A program made the translations under genes and the position numbers. From positions 17,794,001 to 17,858,000 of the forward strand of contig NC_083277.1 in assembly GCF_963506605.1 (NCBI RefSeq): a stretch of 64,000 bases of DNA, written 5' to 3'. Positions 18,067 through 30,708 of this stretch are shown piece by piece; position 1 is the first letter of the stretch; every line of letters starts with the position of its first letter. The stretch is from Zootoca vivipara (lineage: Eukaryota). The notes under the pieces were generated by a model. That model saw only the letters and a list, made by a program, of their open reading frames with translations, was not told the DNA's origin and did not search any database.

Positions 18067-21000
18067 TTAGGGACACAGTCTGAGCCGGGATCGGAGCCCT
18101 ACCCACATCCAGGGATGAATTATTTCCCCTGCAAAGTGGCTGGATGGAAAGGTGAAGATCAAGTCTTCGTTCTCTGCATCAAAAAAGGTCACCTGACCTG
18201 CTTCGTAGTCTAGATGCACTTGGATTCTTTTGTAGGCCTTTCTTAGGGGCAGCGAGGTTGGAGGGGATGTCAAAGCTCTGTAATGATTGGCTCCCAAATG
18301 CTCCAAAGCCCAGACCCCATGTCCAGGCCGGAAATTGAGTTTCCTCTTCCTTTTCACAGACACTCGGGCTACACCCACAGCCCAACTTCCACCTGCCTCC
18401 ACCTCAACCACCCAGGAGTGCTTCCCCGAGGCAAACCCTTCGCAGCCCAGCACACAGGGGTACACGTTAAGCTGGTTCCGAGAGCTGGCACATTTCTGAC
18501 GGGTGTCTCCCAACCACACACTTTTCCCATCCTCAGAAAGGATGAGGGACGGGCCTGCTGTGCTCGGATCCAGGGTCACACTGGCTGTAAATAGAGAAGA
18601 GAGGAACAGAGGGTTAAGGCGTGCCACTAACATCTCCTGTTTACCTCAAGGTGGCATATGAGCCTTACGGTGGCTGTTCTGAACCACTTGCCCAAAGGAG
18701 TGCTCTTGGGAGTGGTTGGATGCAAGTATACCGAAGGGTGCCAAAAACGCCAGAGTGAGAAAATACAATTACAATGTACAGAGTAGGAAGGGATCACGAG
18801 GGTCATCTAGTCCAACCCCCTGCAATGCAGTAATTTTTGCCTACAACCTACAACTCTGAGATCAAGAGTCTCATGCTCTACCAACTGAGCTATCCCTCTG
18901 TGTGTTCAGTCCCAGTGCTTTATTAAATAAAGGTTTAAGCTTAAAGTCTGCCAGGTCTCCTAGCCATTAGACATTTAGGGTGGGCACCACAGCAAAGAGA
19001 TGGATTATCTGCACCCAAGCACACACACATACATTATTTATACACTTTGTCTAGGACTTCCCAACGCTTCACCTGCCCAGAGGAGGGTATGGGTGGCAAA
19101 TATCCAAGTTTTACAGATTGTTCCTCTTTTCTGGGCTCAGAGTCCAGCACCCCAAGCTTCCCAGATAAGGGTAACGTATCAAAGCAAATCTATTAGCTCA
19201 TATCAAAGCAAGTGAATATATGAGCTCATTGCTACAGCAACTACAGATTAGTTGTGGGTTTATCTTGACTACCAAGATGGCATAAGCAAAACCTCCGGAA
19301 CAGTTCCCCTTTGGGTTCAACACAGTGGCTTCCAGTCTCAGCTAACCTCCCTGGCCAATCCACCATTGGGGGAAAAAGAATCGGGATTCAGAACTGCAGT
19401 GGGTGAGGCTAAATAGGTAAGAGAGAACAACTCAATATTGCAACTGGAATGAATTGAAGGCTGAGACACAGTAAAAGGACTGTGGATAAAAAATCAAGGC
19501 AACTAGTGAAGCAAGAAGGGTTCCATGCAACTACCAGTATATCACTGTGTGCACAGACTGACTTCCGTAAGTACAGCAGAACTGCCTGTCTCTCTCCACC
19601 ACTCACAGCACCCCAAAATCTGCTCTGTAGTGTGGTGAAAACTCAGAGCAGGTTTTTTTGGGGGAGTCAAAGGGTAAACGGGAGCTCTGTTGTGCTTGTG
19701 GCAACTGTTCTGTACATGCAGTGATTTAGTTGGCTACAACCAGAAAATCTAGTCGCACATCACAGTATGTTACAAATAACATCTTGCAATGCTCCCTGCA
19801 GCCCACCTACTTGAAACCTAAAAGATTACTGACCCAGAACTCTAGGTTTCTCAGCAGTTACTAGCACCTAGGTCTGTTAGCATCAGTGGTCAATTCAGTC
19901 ACTCCCCCCCCCCAAAAGAGAGAGGAATATAACCTCCCCCACTTCTCCCTTTTAAAGTCACCTGAGGCAAAAGCAAACCTTCCCACTTTGTTTACCCACA
20001 ATAAATGTCAAAACAAACGTCACTTTGGCACCTCTCCCAGTCTTGCGGTGTCAGCACTCACTGCGCCAGGAACGCAAGGGAGAAACGTGCTAAGAGGAAG
20101 GCACGCTTGGCAAATCCACACCGTGATCAGCTCCCGCCTGGAAACTGTGGAAGGACGTGTGGATCCAGAATTGGCCTCCACAGTCACTTACGGACCCATT
20201 GTTCAAATCATGTTTATGGAAGACAATCTTACTCGGCTACGAGTGATCGCCAAAGAAAGAAGAAGCGTCAGGAAACAATGCCTTATCAGCCAAGGCCTCG
20301 CGCACCTGCGCAGCCTTCTCTGTACAGTACAGCAAAGATTTCACAATGCTTTCCGCTGCCGTCACCCATTAGCTCATCCTGGGGTTCACTGAACCCTGTT
20401 GTCTTTCAGGCCCGGCAGAGATAAGACTGACAGGAGCCACATTTAATCTGACTGCACCCACTGGCCATTCAAAGCTAGGAACCAGCGTGGCGGGGGTGGG
20501 GAAGTTCTGGCCCAGGCCCCAAATGCAGCCCGACAAACTTCTCTACCTGGCCTTTGCGACTCTTCCCCAAGCCACTGGCCCTGCTTTGTGTTTATACTTT
20601 GAAAATTTATCAGTGCGAGTGGTGAGCAAAGTAGCCATCTTGTTTTTAATGCCACGGGGCCCCAACATTGTGTACTTGTGCTTTGTCAAGTGCCCCTGCT
20701 CATACCCTCCAACATTTCTCTGATGAAAATATTCTTATTCTTACGGTATTATTATTCCCTGCCCATCTGACTGGGTTGCCCCAGCCACTCTGCGTGGCTT
20801 CCAACATATATAAAAACACAAGAAAACCTTAAACATTAAAAGAAACAACCCTTCCCTATACAGGGCTGTCTTCAGATAACCCTCGGGGGTTGGATAACCC
20901 TCCAACATTTCTCCAATAAAAATAGGGGGGTGGGGGGGGAGAGGGACATTTCAGGATCAAATCAGAAACCGGGATGGCTTCTGTAAATCCGGGACTGTCC

Positions 21001-21694
21001 CTGGGAAACAGGGGCACTTGGGAGGGTCTGTAAGCTTCTGGGGAGAAGGGAGGCATCCATATGCAGCGGCATGGAAAGGCAGCGACACTCAGCGGAGGAG
21101 GACCAGGCAAAATAGATGCAGCCACTATCTTAATGTCCTTGATGGAAGAAGGCACAAAGGGGCAGACGGCAGCTTGTTCAGGGACTCCTCCGCCCTGGCC
21201 CTGCTCCCACAGTAGCTAGTGCTTTTCACAACAGCACACACCACAAGAATGTATTTGTATTTCCTGCAAAGTTCCTTCCTTCCCTGCTGCAGACGTTTAT
21301 CCTTGCTTAGCAAATTCAGAGCCCCAAATGTGTGTTGCTGTAGGGCTGCATTCAACTTACTTTTACTCAGAGTTGATCCATTGAAATTAATGACTGTGTG
21401 ACTGACCAAAAGCTAGCTGCATGCAACCCCATAACCACTTTTTCAGCCAGAGAACAGATTACATGGGGGAAGCTCTTCTTTCTTTAGACGAAGCATTTTT
21501 ATACCGTTTTGCTCTGGTTTTATTAGTTTTTTATTCCATGGGCCACCACACAGATTATATTTGATTTTTATATAGTCGGATCATTAATATTATCGTTTTC
21601 TGAATTGTTTTTCTACACACCTATTTCTAAAGACTTCTTATCGTCTTCTTTCTCTTGGAGTTCAAGTAATAAAGACTCTAGAGAAAAGGGGGAA

Positions 21695-21746
<52 letters not shown>

Positions 21747-24700
21747 TTATTTATACCCCGCCCTCCCCAGCCAGGACCGGGCTCAGGGTGGCTAACACCA
21801 AATATAAAACAGTTAATTAAAATACAGCTTAAAAACAAGATTAAATACAACATTTAAAATGCAGCCTCATCAGAAAAGGAAAAAGGGGGAGGGGATCAAG
21901 TTGATTCCTGGCCTTTACAACTCTGTCTTACAGGCCTGCGGAAAGAAATCAAATCCCGCAGGGCTCTAGTCTCATGAGACAGAGCGTTCCACCAGGCCGG
22001 AGCCAATGTTGAAAAGGCCCTGGCTCTGGTTGAGACTAATCTGACTTCCTTAGGGCCTGGGATCTCTAAGGTGTTGCTATTTACGGACCTTAAGGTCCTC
22101 CATGGGGCATACGCATGGAGAGGCGGTCCTGTAGGTACGAGGGTCCTAGGCCATGAAGGGCTTTAAAGCTCAAAACCAGCAGCTTAAATTTTGGATTATG
22201 CGGAATGCTTTATCTGAGTGGATGTAGCAACCGAGTAATTTTGTTGTTCCCTCAAGGGGACAATGACAATAAAGATATCTTATCTTAAATCTGACCCTGT
22301 ACTCCACCGGGAGCCAGTGCATAATATGACATAAGGCTTCCTATTTCATACTAAATATTGGAGAAAGAAGCTGAAGTTCAGAGACAGAAGGAGAATCTAG
22401 AATCCTACGTGTCAAATACCAGGGACTGAGGTGCAGAATCAATGTGCAAAATTATTATTCTCCCTTTGCCTAAGGTTCCTGATGGAAAACAGATTTCTCT
22501 GTACTGTTTAATGTTGATACTCAAGTATAGGAGGTTTAGGAGAGTCTTTTCTGCACACTTCTCTCAGTTCTTTATTCTCCCCACTGACAAAACCAGATAC
22601 ATTCCGAATACACTGAAGGAGGAAAGTGTAGGACCGTCAGGAGAAAAACCCAGTAAGAAAGTTGGAAAGGCCACAGCAAGAAATGATAGAGAAACAGGAC
22701 TTTGGCCAATTGTCCTTTACCTTTGACTCTTTTCAGGGTTTCTACTAGGGAAATGTTTTTCTGAGCAAATGCACTGAGCTTCTCTCTTTGGTCTGGAGAA
22801 ATATCCTCCAAAGGCAAATGAAATGGTCTCTTCTTAGACCTAGCAGAGGAAAACTCAAACTGAAATTATTCTGGATTAAGGAGCAGACACAGCCTAGGAA
22901 CTAGGTTTTCTGTAGGCTTCCCTTGCTGCACCTTATCAAAATGCTTTCTGGCATCCAATGCTCTTTTGATCGGACTTCTTACCATCAATCCCTTTTCCAC
23001 TGTCTTGATCAGTTCCTCTGATCTGTTCTTGTCATCTCCCACATTTCTTCCCTTTTCTGCTCTCTGCATTGACTCTTAGGGCTCACCCATACTTTCTTCT
23101 GCTCCTTCCAGGCACAGTCTGAGCTTTAAAGCTCCATGTCTGAGCGACCTTTTTTTTCTTTTTTGCTCCAGAGCTTTCACCACAAAAAAACTGCTCTTTA
23201 ATGCTTCTTTTTAATTATTTTTCTATTATTTTCTATTATCTTAATTAGTTCTCCTTTGTTCTTTTTTCTCTTTATATTTTTTTATATAATTGTGTTTTGT
23301 AAGGATAATGAGTATTCTATTTTATATTTTCTCTCTCTTTTTCTTCGATATAATGCATTTTATTATCTTTTTATAACATGCTTGGATTTTAGTGCTCAGT
23401 GTGTTAAAAACCTTCAATAAAATCATTTTAAAAGTTCTTTAGCTTCTCAACTTTTCTCTCTTTCACTCTTTTAAATCATTTCCTATTCCTTTTTCTCTAT
23501 CTCATCCTTTCTCTCTTTCCTATTTCCTTTCTCTTTTTTGCCTTTAGATTAATGTTTTAGTTTGTACAAAAAAAAATTCGATAATTATCCTTGTATTTTT
23601 CTTTTTAAACCCTAATAAAAATCTATTTGAAAAAAGAAAGCCCACTCTTTAAAGTTCACTTGGAAGAAATAGCAACCCACGGAAAGCCCAAACTGACATT
23701 TGCTCCAACTGAGAGCTAAAGAGCGGCTTTCACAGGGGAAGTTCCAGGACAAAAAAAGGGGAAATGCTTGGACAGAGAGCTTTTAAGCAGAGACCTGCGC
23801 CTGGAAAGTGTGGTGTGGATAAGCCCTTCACACATCCTGTTTATTTAAACTTCTTCTGGCACTGCGGAACTGAAAGCTGAAGAACACCAGAGCAAAGAGA
23901 TGGCTAGCCTAGCCCCAATCACTGGCCACAAAAGAAGTCGCTGTAGGGAACTTACTTCCTATCCTTCCGGAAATCTACTCAGCTCTGGGACTGCAGAGCC
24001 AAAGAGAAGCCTACTCTTCCACCATCCATCAGCCAGGGGACTCAGGACTGCTAGATTGTGTGGGTTTGTGCATAAGTATCACAATCTATTGTAAGCATCC
24101 TTTAGGGTCATTTCACGCTACATCTGCTGTGCCCCAACTCCAGCCTGTTCTTCGTTGATTCGTCACCATTTCAAGTCTTTACCGACCAACATCCAACCAG
24201 CTCCTTTTGTTTTCAGCAGAGCCAATGCACATATTTAGCCGTAAGTTATCATGCATTCAGTGCTCAGATGATGGACCTAGAATTATAGCGTTGCAGAGCT
24301 GGAAGGGAGGGTCATCTAGTCCACCCACCCACCCACCCCGGCAATGCAGGAATCTTTTTGCCCGATGCAGGGCTTGAACCCACAAACCCAGAGATTAAGA
24401 GTATCATGCTCTACCAACGGAGCTATCCCAGGACCCAGGACATGCACATATGAAGTCAGTCCTCAAATCCTTTATAGGAGGAGGAGATGGAAAGGACCAT
24501 GTACATACCTGCTCAAAGTGTCCTTGACATTCTAGAAGGGTGAAAAAGTAGAGGAAAATGAAATTCGCATGATGGACATAAAATCCTTTCCAAGGCCGTT
24601 CAGCTTCCTTCGGCTAATCTTAAGAGCAGACATGCTGATGATCACAAAATCCATATTTAAGCAACCCCTTTATCAGGCCAACCCAAACATCATATGGTAG

Positions 24701-27700
24701 CTGCAAGCTTTCAAGGTCTCCAGAACTCTTCTTCAGGCTAGATGGTAAAACATAGCAAGGAGGAAGCGTGGGAAGGGAATGGCGTGGGAAGGGAATATGA
24801 AAGAAACCTTTCGAGATGAAACATGGAAGGAAGTTGGAGACATGCAAATGAGGGTCTCTGATAAGTGCTAAATGGGCTTAGGGTTATACCAAGGCCCTCC
24901 AGGAAGGAAATTCATTTTGTCAGGTTTTTTTATGGACCAATATGGCTACGCTTACTTTTTCCATATTACTGAAACATAGAACCTGACAATCTATTAACCA
25001 GAGCCATGTTAGCAGCAGTGGCTTGCATATACCTGGCAATGCTGCCATATAACACTAACTCTTAGACAACCAAATTTTGAACTGAAACAGTATCTTGTAA
25101 AATCTTAAAGACAACGTGAAACAGTTGAATTAGAATTCTGCAAGAAGTTCAATACCATCACTTGTGGATTTAATCAAGACAAAGGTTTGCTATCACACAT
25201 GTGTTATTAGCTTTCCAATGCTAACCATAATCTGTGCTACCCTGTTTCCCTGAAAATAAGACATACCCATAAAATAAGCCGTAGCAGGATTTCTAAGCAT
25301 TTGCACAATATAAGCCATCCCCCCAAAATAAGACATAGTGATAGGCGCAGTTCTGGAGGGCACCAAGGAAGAGGCTAGGCTGGATGCGTAATAAAAATAA
25401 GACATCCCCTGAAAATAAGCCATAGTGTGTCTTCTTGAGGAAAAATAAATACAGTATAAGACAGTGTCTTACATAGCTGCCAAGTCTCCTGTATTCCCCG
25501 GGAAACCCCCATTTTTCCAGCAGTTTCCCGCTGGCAGCCCGGATTTTAAAAAACCCCGTAAATCCCCCGGATTCTTACTGGCCTGGGGAGGCTCCTTCTG
25601 CGCATGTCTGGAGTCTCTGGACATGCGCAGAAGCGATTTCTGGCTCTGCAGCCATTTTTGAAATGGGCAGAGCATGCGTAGAAGCAACTTCCGGTGCTGC
25701 TCTGCCCAGTTCCAAAATGGCCGCAGCGCGACTTCCGGTGCTGCGCCGCGCCGATCCCAGATTTTTCAATCTGGGAGTTGGTACCTATGATGTCTTATTT
25801 TGGGGGAAACACAGTATCTATTGCTTTCTTGTGAATGGCTCCCTAACTACAGATGTCAAAACTATAATTCAGCAATTACCACCAATCTGCTGCTGTAAAA
25901 GCTTTAAAGTGTGCTCATTTAACATATTTAAGCTCTCATTATCACAGACTGTAAATTTTGCACCTCACTGCCATTTCACTTACAATTTTCTCATTTATAT
26001 ATCTGCTGACTAAGATTTCACTTCACGCCTCTGATGAAGTCTGCAAAAGCTTATGCCCCAATATATTTTCTTTGCCTATAAAATAACCCACGAATTTTAT
26101 TATCGCCCACCAAATCTGGGACTTGCAGGACTCCACATACTTTAGTCTTGAGTCAAAACCTCTTGACAAATTCATGTTCTCACCTGCAGGAATTCATTAT
26201 CCGGCTGCCTACATTTCTCCTCCATCTCATTGATCAGGTCCTCAAGGACAGAAACTGCCTTAGAGAATTTGGCAACATTTTCCTCCTGCCCATTCTTAAT
26301 CTCCAGCTCTAGCTCATTCAGTTGATCCAGAATGGGCTGTTCCAGTTCTTCAAGAAATTGATGCAACAGCTCAAATGCAGATGCTACTCTCCTTCTTTCA
26401 GCACCCAACTTTTCCTGTAATTAAAAGACCAGAGGAGGAAGGGTAAAGTACTAACAATGCAGTCCTGTAAACACTTAGGCCTGGATAGAATGGACCATAT
26501 ACTGCCTTTTGAATGTGCCCCTATATAAAATACTTCATGTCACATACACGTACGTCCAAGCAAGTGTGGGAAACAATTCAGGGTGGCTTATGCATTGGCT
26601 TCCACTGAAGCAATGATCAGACCACGCGCACACTAAGCTTCCTGCTTTAGCAATGCTGCAACACCGGGTTCTCTGGGCAAGCGAGAAGTCTCTTCACCCC
26701 CATTCACTTTAGCTATGAACTAATTTGATATGAACTAGAAGAAGGGGACGACAGAGGACAAGATGGTTGGACAGTGTTCTCGAAGCTACCAACATGAGTC
26801 TGACCAAACTGCAGGAGGCAGTGGAAGACAGGAGTGCCTGGCGTGCTCTGGTCCATGGTGTCACGAAGAGTCAGGCACAACTAAACGTACGTGAGCCATT
26901 TAGGAAAAATGCTACATAAATGCCAGATTTTCTTATATATTTCGAACATTGTTCAAGGTACAGAATGAGGGATGGGGTGGGGGTTTTTTTTTGCACCAAA
27001 TACTTGTGAGTATAAGATGTGACCATTTGTATGTTGCAACAGCAGCCAGAATAGGCCACACTGATAAATAAGGACTCCTACATATCACAAAAGACTGCAA
27101 GGTCAGAACTGAAGTACTGTACCATGATTAAGAAATCACTTAGTCCCAGAGCAGTTTGTGAACAAATGCAGGAAGATAATGAAAATCATCGTCAATCTTC
27201 CCAGTGGATATTATTCATTCCACAACTAACTTTCAAGATTGTTCTCACAACCCCCGCCCCGCAAAGTTTGGGTTAGCGCTCATTAAAAGAGGGACTTACC
27301 AGATTTTCTTCAGTTGTCCTCTTACCGGCCTGTTTAAGCTCCTCCAGGTTCTCTCTCTCTTGCTTAAGACTCTGTGATTGAGTCTGAATTTGTTCCTGGG
27401 GAAAAAAACTTATTTTCACTAGGACAGAAAGATCAGATGCTATTCATACTATTAACAACGGTATGAATGTTTTATTTTAAAAAGTAAATTCTGATTAGTG
27501 GCAAGCGGCTTTTGCACTGCAGTCTACAGACTGCAGCACGGGTGGCGCTGTGGGTTAAACCACAGAGCCTAGGACTTGCTGATCAGAAGGTCAGCGGTTC
27601 GAATCCCCGCGATGGGGTGAGCTCCCGTTGTTCAGTCCCAGCTCCTGCCAACCTAGCAGTTCGAAAGCACGTCAAAGTGCAAGTAGATAAATAGGTACCG

Positions 27701-30700
27701 CTACAGCGGGAAGGTAAACGCCGTTTCCGTACACTGCTCTGGTTCGCCAGAAGCAGCTTTATCATTCTGGCCACATGACCTGGAAGCTGTACGCCGGCTC
27801 CCTCAGCCAGTAAAGCAAGATGAGCGCCACAACCCCAGAGTCAGTCACGACTGGACCTAATGGTCAGGGGTCCCTTTACCTTTACCTACAGATCTAATGC
27901 ATCTGCTGGCTGTGTACACCAAAAGCACATTCAAAGCATATTCATTCCTTCAAAATTCTGGGTTCTGTCGTTTGTTTTTAGGGCTGCTGGAAATTGTAAC
28001 TCTGTGATTGGTAAACTACAGCACCCAGAATTCTTTGAGGGAAAGGATGCAGACGCTGTACATTTGAAGCACACGCCTTCCCTCAGAGCTTCAACGTTTA
28101 ATAAACTACAATGGTCCAGAGTTTTTAGAGGAAACAAGCATGATTTAAAGGCACACACCCAAAGTTATTGCCGAATTCTTCACGAGGAACTGCTTCACTA
28201 AAAGGAAAGACGAACTCAAACCTGCTTATGTCCACAGTGCTCTTGGCTGGAAGTTGTTTGGAAAAGTCCCACCAAAAGAAAACCTACAGAGAGACTCTAA
28301 AATAATTCAGCAGAAGTCAGCTTTCTCAGTGAGGAAGTGCAAAGCAGAGGGAAGGAGCCTCACCAACTCCTCGCTCAATCAGGGCCAGCTGAGCAATTAA
28401 TTAGCCTCTCCCAGAAACAGCTGGGAAGGGAGAAGGGGAGTCTAAGGATTTTTTTAAAATTACTTTTTAAAGTTGTGTGTCTTTGTTTCTCAATTTGATC
28501 CTTTTGCATGGTTTTGTATGTATTTCTGTGTTTTCTGTGTTTTGCCTTGCAGTTATTTTCGTTGATCACAGTTTGCTCATTACTTATTGCAATTGTTAAG
28601 AGTGAATTTCTGCTTAATTATCACTTGCCGATATTTTAAGAGTTACTTTTATTGCGTGCAATTTTAACCTAATAGATAACTGAGTATTACTTTATTTGAT
28701 ATTATTATTATTATTAAATTATTATTAAATTTGTATACCGTCCTATACCCGCAGCTCTCAGGGCAGTTACAACATAAAATCGCAATATAAAAACACAAAA
28801 CTGAAACAACCCAACCGCCCCCCTCCAACAAATTTAAAACGGGCATTGGATGTTGTTCCATTTTAAAGTTATGCTTTATTATGACTGTTTGCACTGGATC
28901 AGGTTATTGTAAGGTGTGTGGAGTTTGTTGCAAACCACCTTAGAAAACCACCATAGAAAAGTGGTATACAAATCAAAAGTGACATGAAAATGAACGTTAT
29001 CATTTTGGACTTTCTTCGTGGAAATCGACTCTTAATACTAAATCCCCTGGAATTTCTGCTGTGTGCATTTTCCACCAGTAAACGTGTACAAACCATGCAT
29101 TTACAGCACATCCTGTCCTCAGACCTTAGGAACGGTGGTTTGTAGCTCTGCAAGGTGCAAACCACAGTCCCCAGGATTTGGGGGGGGGGAGGTGTGTGTG
29201 GTTAAAATATATATAGCATGCGCACAATCCAATTTGCCACCAACACTGTCCCAGTCAGGAAGGTTAGCTGCCAGTACAAATCCAAATGAAACCTGGGTCA
29301 TGGACGGGTGAAGAAATACCAAAGAATCTACAGAGGCTGTTTATGTATGCTACCACAGCTGCTAGAATGTTATTCGCCCAAAAGTGGAAAGAAGAAGGCA
29401 TACCAATGAAGGAAGAATGGATAATTCAAGATGATACAAGTATGCCGAAATGGCAAAACTTACCCTGAAGATCAGGCATCAAGAAGAGAAGAAATGTAAG
29501 CAAGATTGGGGGGGGGGAATAATGTTAAGGAACATTGTAAATATGTTAAAACATTAGCAGGATTGATGTAGCATTTTGTGCCAGATTTACATACGGTACT
29601 GTATTAGCTAAACAAGCTATAGCTTAGGGCCCCTCTCTTGGGGTCCCCCCAAAAAATTAAACGGGAAAAAACCTGGATGTACATTTCCAAAATATAAGAT
29701 AAAAAACAAATTAAATAAAACCTGCACTACAGCAAAAGTGTTTTGTGTTGTGTAGGCTCCTATGATGTAAGTGATGGGCCCCGCATGCTCCCTAAAATAT
29801 CACTGGTTTGCTCATTTCTATATACAGTATATGGTGACTACATTCTACATGGACTGGTGGCATGGCAACATGTGCAAATGGCTTTAGATACCTATTAGAT
29901 CCACAAATTACCATACAGCATATATTCAACACAAAAGACAGCGGCAATTTGTTGTTGACAAAGGACAGCTGGACATATAAAGGGCCCCATTACCTTCAGT
30001 AGCTTTGGGCCTCATCCAACCTAAATCCGTCCCGGAACATTTATGAAGTATTTTGATAATTTAGCTAAAAATAAGAACCGAAAACGAATTGGATAAAAGT
30101 AATTCTATGCAAGGGAAAATAAATGTGAAACTTGGAAATGTGGGGTTTGGGGGGAAGTCAGACAAGATGAATTTGGTGTTAAGATGAATGGGGGAAAATG
30201 TTGATTTAAAAAATCTTGGAACATATTTAAAGATATATATAAAAAAGCAAGATACCTGGGTCATGGGCAACTGCCTTCTTACCTTATAGTCCAGGGCAGC
30301 CTCCTTGACAGGGAGCACTGCATGAGCTCTGTGCTCCCTGGATCTATCGCAGACCACGCAGATCAGGCTCTGGTCATCTTGGCAGAAGAGTTTCAGAGGT
30401 TCCCGGTGCTTCTCGCACCTGCCCATCATCCCTCCCGGCGCTTCTTCCATCTGGCTCTTGAACCGCTTGGCAATCTCCACCATCTCCGCCAGTTCCCGGT
30501 TAGGCCTGAAATCTTTCCTGCAAGACCTCCTGCGGCAGTGAGGGCAGGAGAAGCGGGTCCTGGCGTCCTCGCAGCACTGGCTGATGCAGGCCAGGCAGAA
30601 GTTGTGCCCGCAGTCTATGGACACCGGGTCTTGGAAATACTCCAAGCAGATGGAGCAAACGGCAGCCTTTTGCAAGCCTTGCATGGGATCCTCCTCCCCT

Positions 30701-30708
30701 GCATCCAT
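18067..30708 (-). CDS. TRIM27/TRIM39-like class IV TRIM ('TRIM-B'), complete. Exons 30708-30283, 27395-27300, 26414-26184, 24531-24509, 22839-22721, 21677-21621, 18584-18067
   Basis: [22 protein letters not shown]-box [15 protein letters not shown], coiled-coil exons of 96/231/23/119 bp, 57-bp linker exon, terminal PRY-SPRY exon ([31 protein letters not shown]). All GT-AG and in phase; extra micro-exons cannot be excluded. Confidence 0.88.
18770..18897 (-). mobile_element. tRNA-Lys-derived SINE with CR1-like 3' tail (second copy ~24277-24430)
   Basis: Minus strand GGATAGCTCAGTTGGTAGAGCATGAGACTCTTGATCTCAG... followed by CATTGCAGGGGGTTGGACTAGATGACCCT tail. Confidence 0.75.
20066..20265 (+). 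mobile_element. RTE-type LINE 3' fragment (longer copy ~37520-38040)
   Basis: Encodes [19 protein letters not shown]-terminal motif; ends in a (GAA)n tail; the two copies are near-identical. Confidence 0.7.
21696..22320 (-). mobile_element. L2/CR1-like LINE 3' fragments with (TTA)n tails (related: 43513-44100; another family 20750-20880, 31170-31345, 44330-44640, 47270-47630)
   Basis: (AAT)n microsatellite followed by a shared TTTATACCCCGCCC... sequence in several copies. Confidence 0.6.
25240..25814. mobile_element. Mariner-like MITE with nested CpG-rich hAT MITE (25472-25789)
   Basis: Outer inverted ends CCCTGTTTCCCTGAAAATAAGAC / GTCTTATTTTGGGGGAAACACAG with TA flanks; inner CATAG...CTATG ends with TSD GTGTCTTA/ATGTCTTA. 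Confidence 0.65.
26737..26886 (+). mobile_element. BovB (RTE) 3' fragment
   Basis: GGAGTGCCTGGCGTGCTCTGGTCCATGG..CACGAAGAGTC..CACAACTAAAC, same as the 3' end of the 50455-51018 element. Confidence 0.75.
27535..27886 (+). mobile_element. Sauria SINE (other copies ~62080-62446 and 62891-63238)
   Basis: GGGTGGCGCTGTGG..GGTTCGAATCCC head, AAAGTGCAAGTAGATAAATAGGTACC core, (CCTTTA)n tail. Third copy has TSD TGCCTATAAAAC/TGCCTGTAAAAC. Confidence 0.85.
29310..30246 (+). mobile_element. L1 3' fragment interrupted by a hAT MITE (~29578-30034)
   Basis: [18 protein letters not shown] matches the C-terminus of the L1 ORF2 at ~41670; the MITE is the same family as 52043-58290. Confidence 0.7.

Noticed and set aside
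18850-18897. Additional tRNA-Lys genes (also ~24360-24430) and a tRNA-like stretch at ~32480-32555
   Set aside because: Broken stems and attached LINE-like tails indicate SINE heads.
19607-20395. Possible phase-1 micro-exons of TRIM-B (~19607-19624, ~20366-20395)
   Set aside because: In phase but with weak splice signals and no homology support; needs cDNA.
21605-21853. Poly-N / poly-I ORFs
   Set aside because: Translation of an (AAT)n LINE tail.
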